Origin: a virus
Lineage: Duplodnaviria > Caudoviricetes
Virus record (IMG/VR): IMGVR_UViG_2772190774_000001
Coordinates: 1-64,000 of that record
DNA length: 64,000 bases
Strand: one strand, 5' to 3'
In this document: positions 62,976 to 64,000 of the stretch, piece after piece
Layout: each line of letters begins with the position of its first letter
Position numbering within the stretch: position 1 is the stretch's first letter
Program-made: the position numbers and the translations under genes
The notes under the pieces: model-generated
What the model was told of the DNA's origin: nothing
Seen by the model: the letters and a program-made list of their open reading frames with translations, nothing else
Database searches by the model: none

Positions 62976-63703
62976 GGCGCGGGCGGGTGCGGATTGGTCA
63001 GGACAGGTCAGAGAAGGCATGTCGCGGCGGGTGTGGGAGGTCCCAGGGATGAGCCAGGGAACGGGTAGTCGGGGTGGGCCGGTCCGGGTGGGGTTGGCTT
63101 GTCGGCACGGGCCGGGTGGGGATGGCATGGCACGTCGGCGAGGACAGAGGTGGGGTGGCGAGGTCGGTGATGGCCCGGGTAGGCGAGTCGGCATGAGTCG
63201 GGTCGGGGCGCTCGTGTGCAGGACTGGCATGTCGGGTCGGGTTGCCAGGTGGTAAGGCTCGGCTCGTCGGGCTGGGCTGAGATGCGGCGGTTGTGACATG
63301 TCGGCACGTCTCGGCCTGGGTTGGGCTGTCGGCTTGGAGAGTCGAGAAGCGGCGAGGTATGTCGGCACGGCCTGGTTCGGGACGGAACGGATAGTCGCCA
63401 TGGGGTCGGGAGGTACGGCTCCGGCGCGGCTTGAGCGAGGCATGTCGGACAGGCGCGGCAGGAGTGGGCTGACTCGGGGAGACTTGGCTTGTCGGCGTGT
63501 TGAGGGAAGCCGTGGCCTGGCATGTCGCCGTGGCTAGGCAGGCGGAGGCTTGGCTTGTCGGCGAGGCTCGGCGAGGACGGGCGTGGGATGGACTGTCGGC
63601 AAGCGAAGGAAGGGTTGGGCTTGTCGGCGAGGCTGGGCCAGGACGGCGGTGGGGTGGACTGTCGGCGTGAGGCGGAGGCAGGGCTGAACAGGCTCGCGTA
63701 GTC
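62976..63703. ncRNA. Array of GGNNN pentamers punctuated by GTC (18 units); candidate guide-RNA array
   Basis: GTC at 63021, 63068, 63101, 63134, 63187, 63231, 63266, 63300, 63328, 63361, 63394, 63444, 63491, 63524, 63557, 63595, 63623, 63661, 63701; 11 of 18 spacings equal 3+5n; transcribed strand unknown. Confidence 0.6.
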
Positions 63704-63774
63704 GCATGGGCTAGCCGCACGAGCGGCGTCGCAGACGTTCACCAGAACCCCCAGGTACAGTCAGTTGGTGGGAG

Positions 63775-63799
63775 GGGCCCCAGCCGTGTGCTGGGGCCC
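63775..63799 (-). terminator. Hairpin between the RAMP-like gene and the array
   Basis: GGGCCCCAGC-CGTGT-GCTGGGGCCC, 11 nt after the stop codon. Confidence 0.6.
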
Positions 63800-63810
63800 T
63801 ACGCGTTTCG

Positions 63811-63999
63811 TCAGGCCCGGTCGAACGCGAGCAGCTCGAACCGGCCATCGGACCGGCCGCGGTCGGAGCCGATGCCGATCTGCTCGCCGGCCTGCCAGAT
63901 GCGGGACCACGCCTGCATGGGGAGGAAGTCGTCCCGGACCCGGAGGGTGAAGGTCAGCTCGGGTTCCTGGACGTACTCGACGCGGTTGATCGACGAGCG
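63811..63999 (-). CDS. 3' end of a RAMP/Cas7-like protein (5' part outside window)
   Basis: My translation: RSSINRVEYVQEPELTFTLRVRDDFLPMQAWSRIWQAGEQIGIGSDRGRSDGRFELLAFDRA*; beta-helix-G-loop G.G..R...GRF typical of RAMP C-termini. Confidence 0.6.
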   Translation of the reverse strand, partial: RSSINRVEYVQEPELTFTLRVRDDFLPMQAWSRIWQAGEQIGIGSDRGRSDGRFELLAFDRA

Positions 64000-64000
64000 C

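Larger units (their letters stand above)
14373..64000 (-). mobile_element. Siphovirus-type prophage (continues beyond the right edge)
   Basis: Complete terS-terL-portal-capsid-neck-tail-TMP order plus replication and lysis genes. Confidence 0.9.

Noticed and set aside
62976-63703. Canonical CRISPR array
   Set aside because: No identical 23-47 nt direct repeats separated by unique spacers; conservation is interleaved at 5-nt period
62973-63742. Overlapping stop-free ORFs on the - strand (62973-63443, 62998-63720, 63008-63742)
   Set aside because: Pro/Ser/Arg low-complexity products in all three frames are explained by the C-rich 5-nt-periodic DNA repeat; no RBS or codon bias supports them
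1-64000. Integrase and att sites
   Set aside because: No tyrosine or large serine integrase motif and no convincing long direct repeat found; probably outside the window

Overview
High-GC actinomycete mobile DNA with two parts. About 1.3-14.3 kb (mostly + strand) is an actinomycete conjugative/AICE-type region: GntR (Kor-like) repressor, BldC/Xis-like HTH, Spd-like membrane proteins, FtsK/TraB translocase with clt-like 8-mer repeats, a run of mini-genes, HU, a serine resolvase and an orphan Phd-like antitoxin. About 14.3-64 kb (mostly - strand) is a siphovirus-type prophage: rep initiator with internal iterons, DnaB-like helicase, C5-methyltransferase, terminases, lysis genes, portal, capsid, two long 20-aa-repeat fibre proteins, tail genes with a -1 frameshift, and an inserted sigma factor + epimerase + glycosyltransferase operon. 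No integrase or att site is visible. The most striking signal is at the right edge. The 3' end of a RAMP/Cas7-like gene (63811-63999, absent from the ORF track) is followed by a hairpin and a ~730-nt array of GGNNN pentamers punctuated by GTC roughly every 33 nt, a candidate non-CRISPR guide-RNA array. Also notable: a GIY-YIG nuclease fused to a copy of the TraB DNA-binding domain, and a non-canonical tRNA-like element. All calls come from motif reading by eye; no database searches were run.
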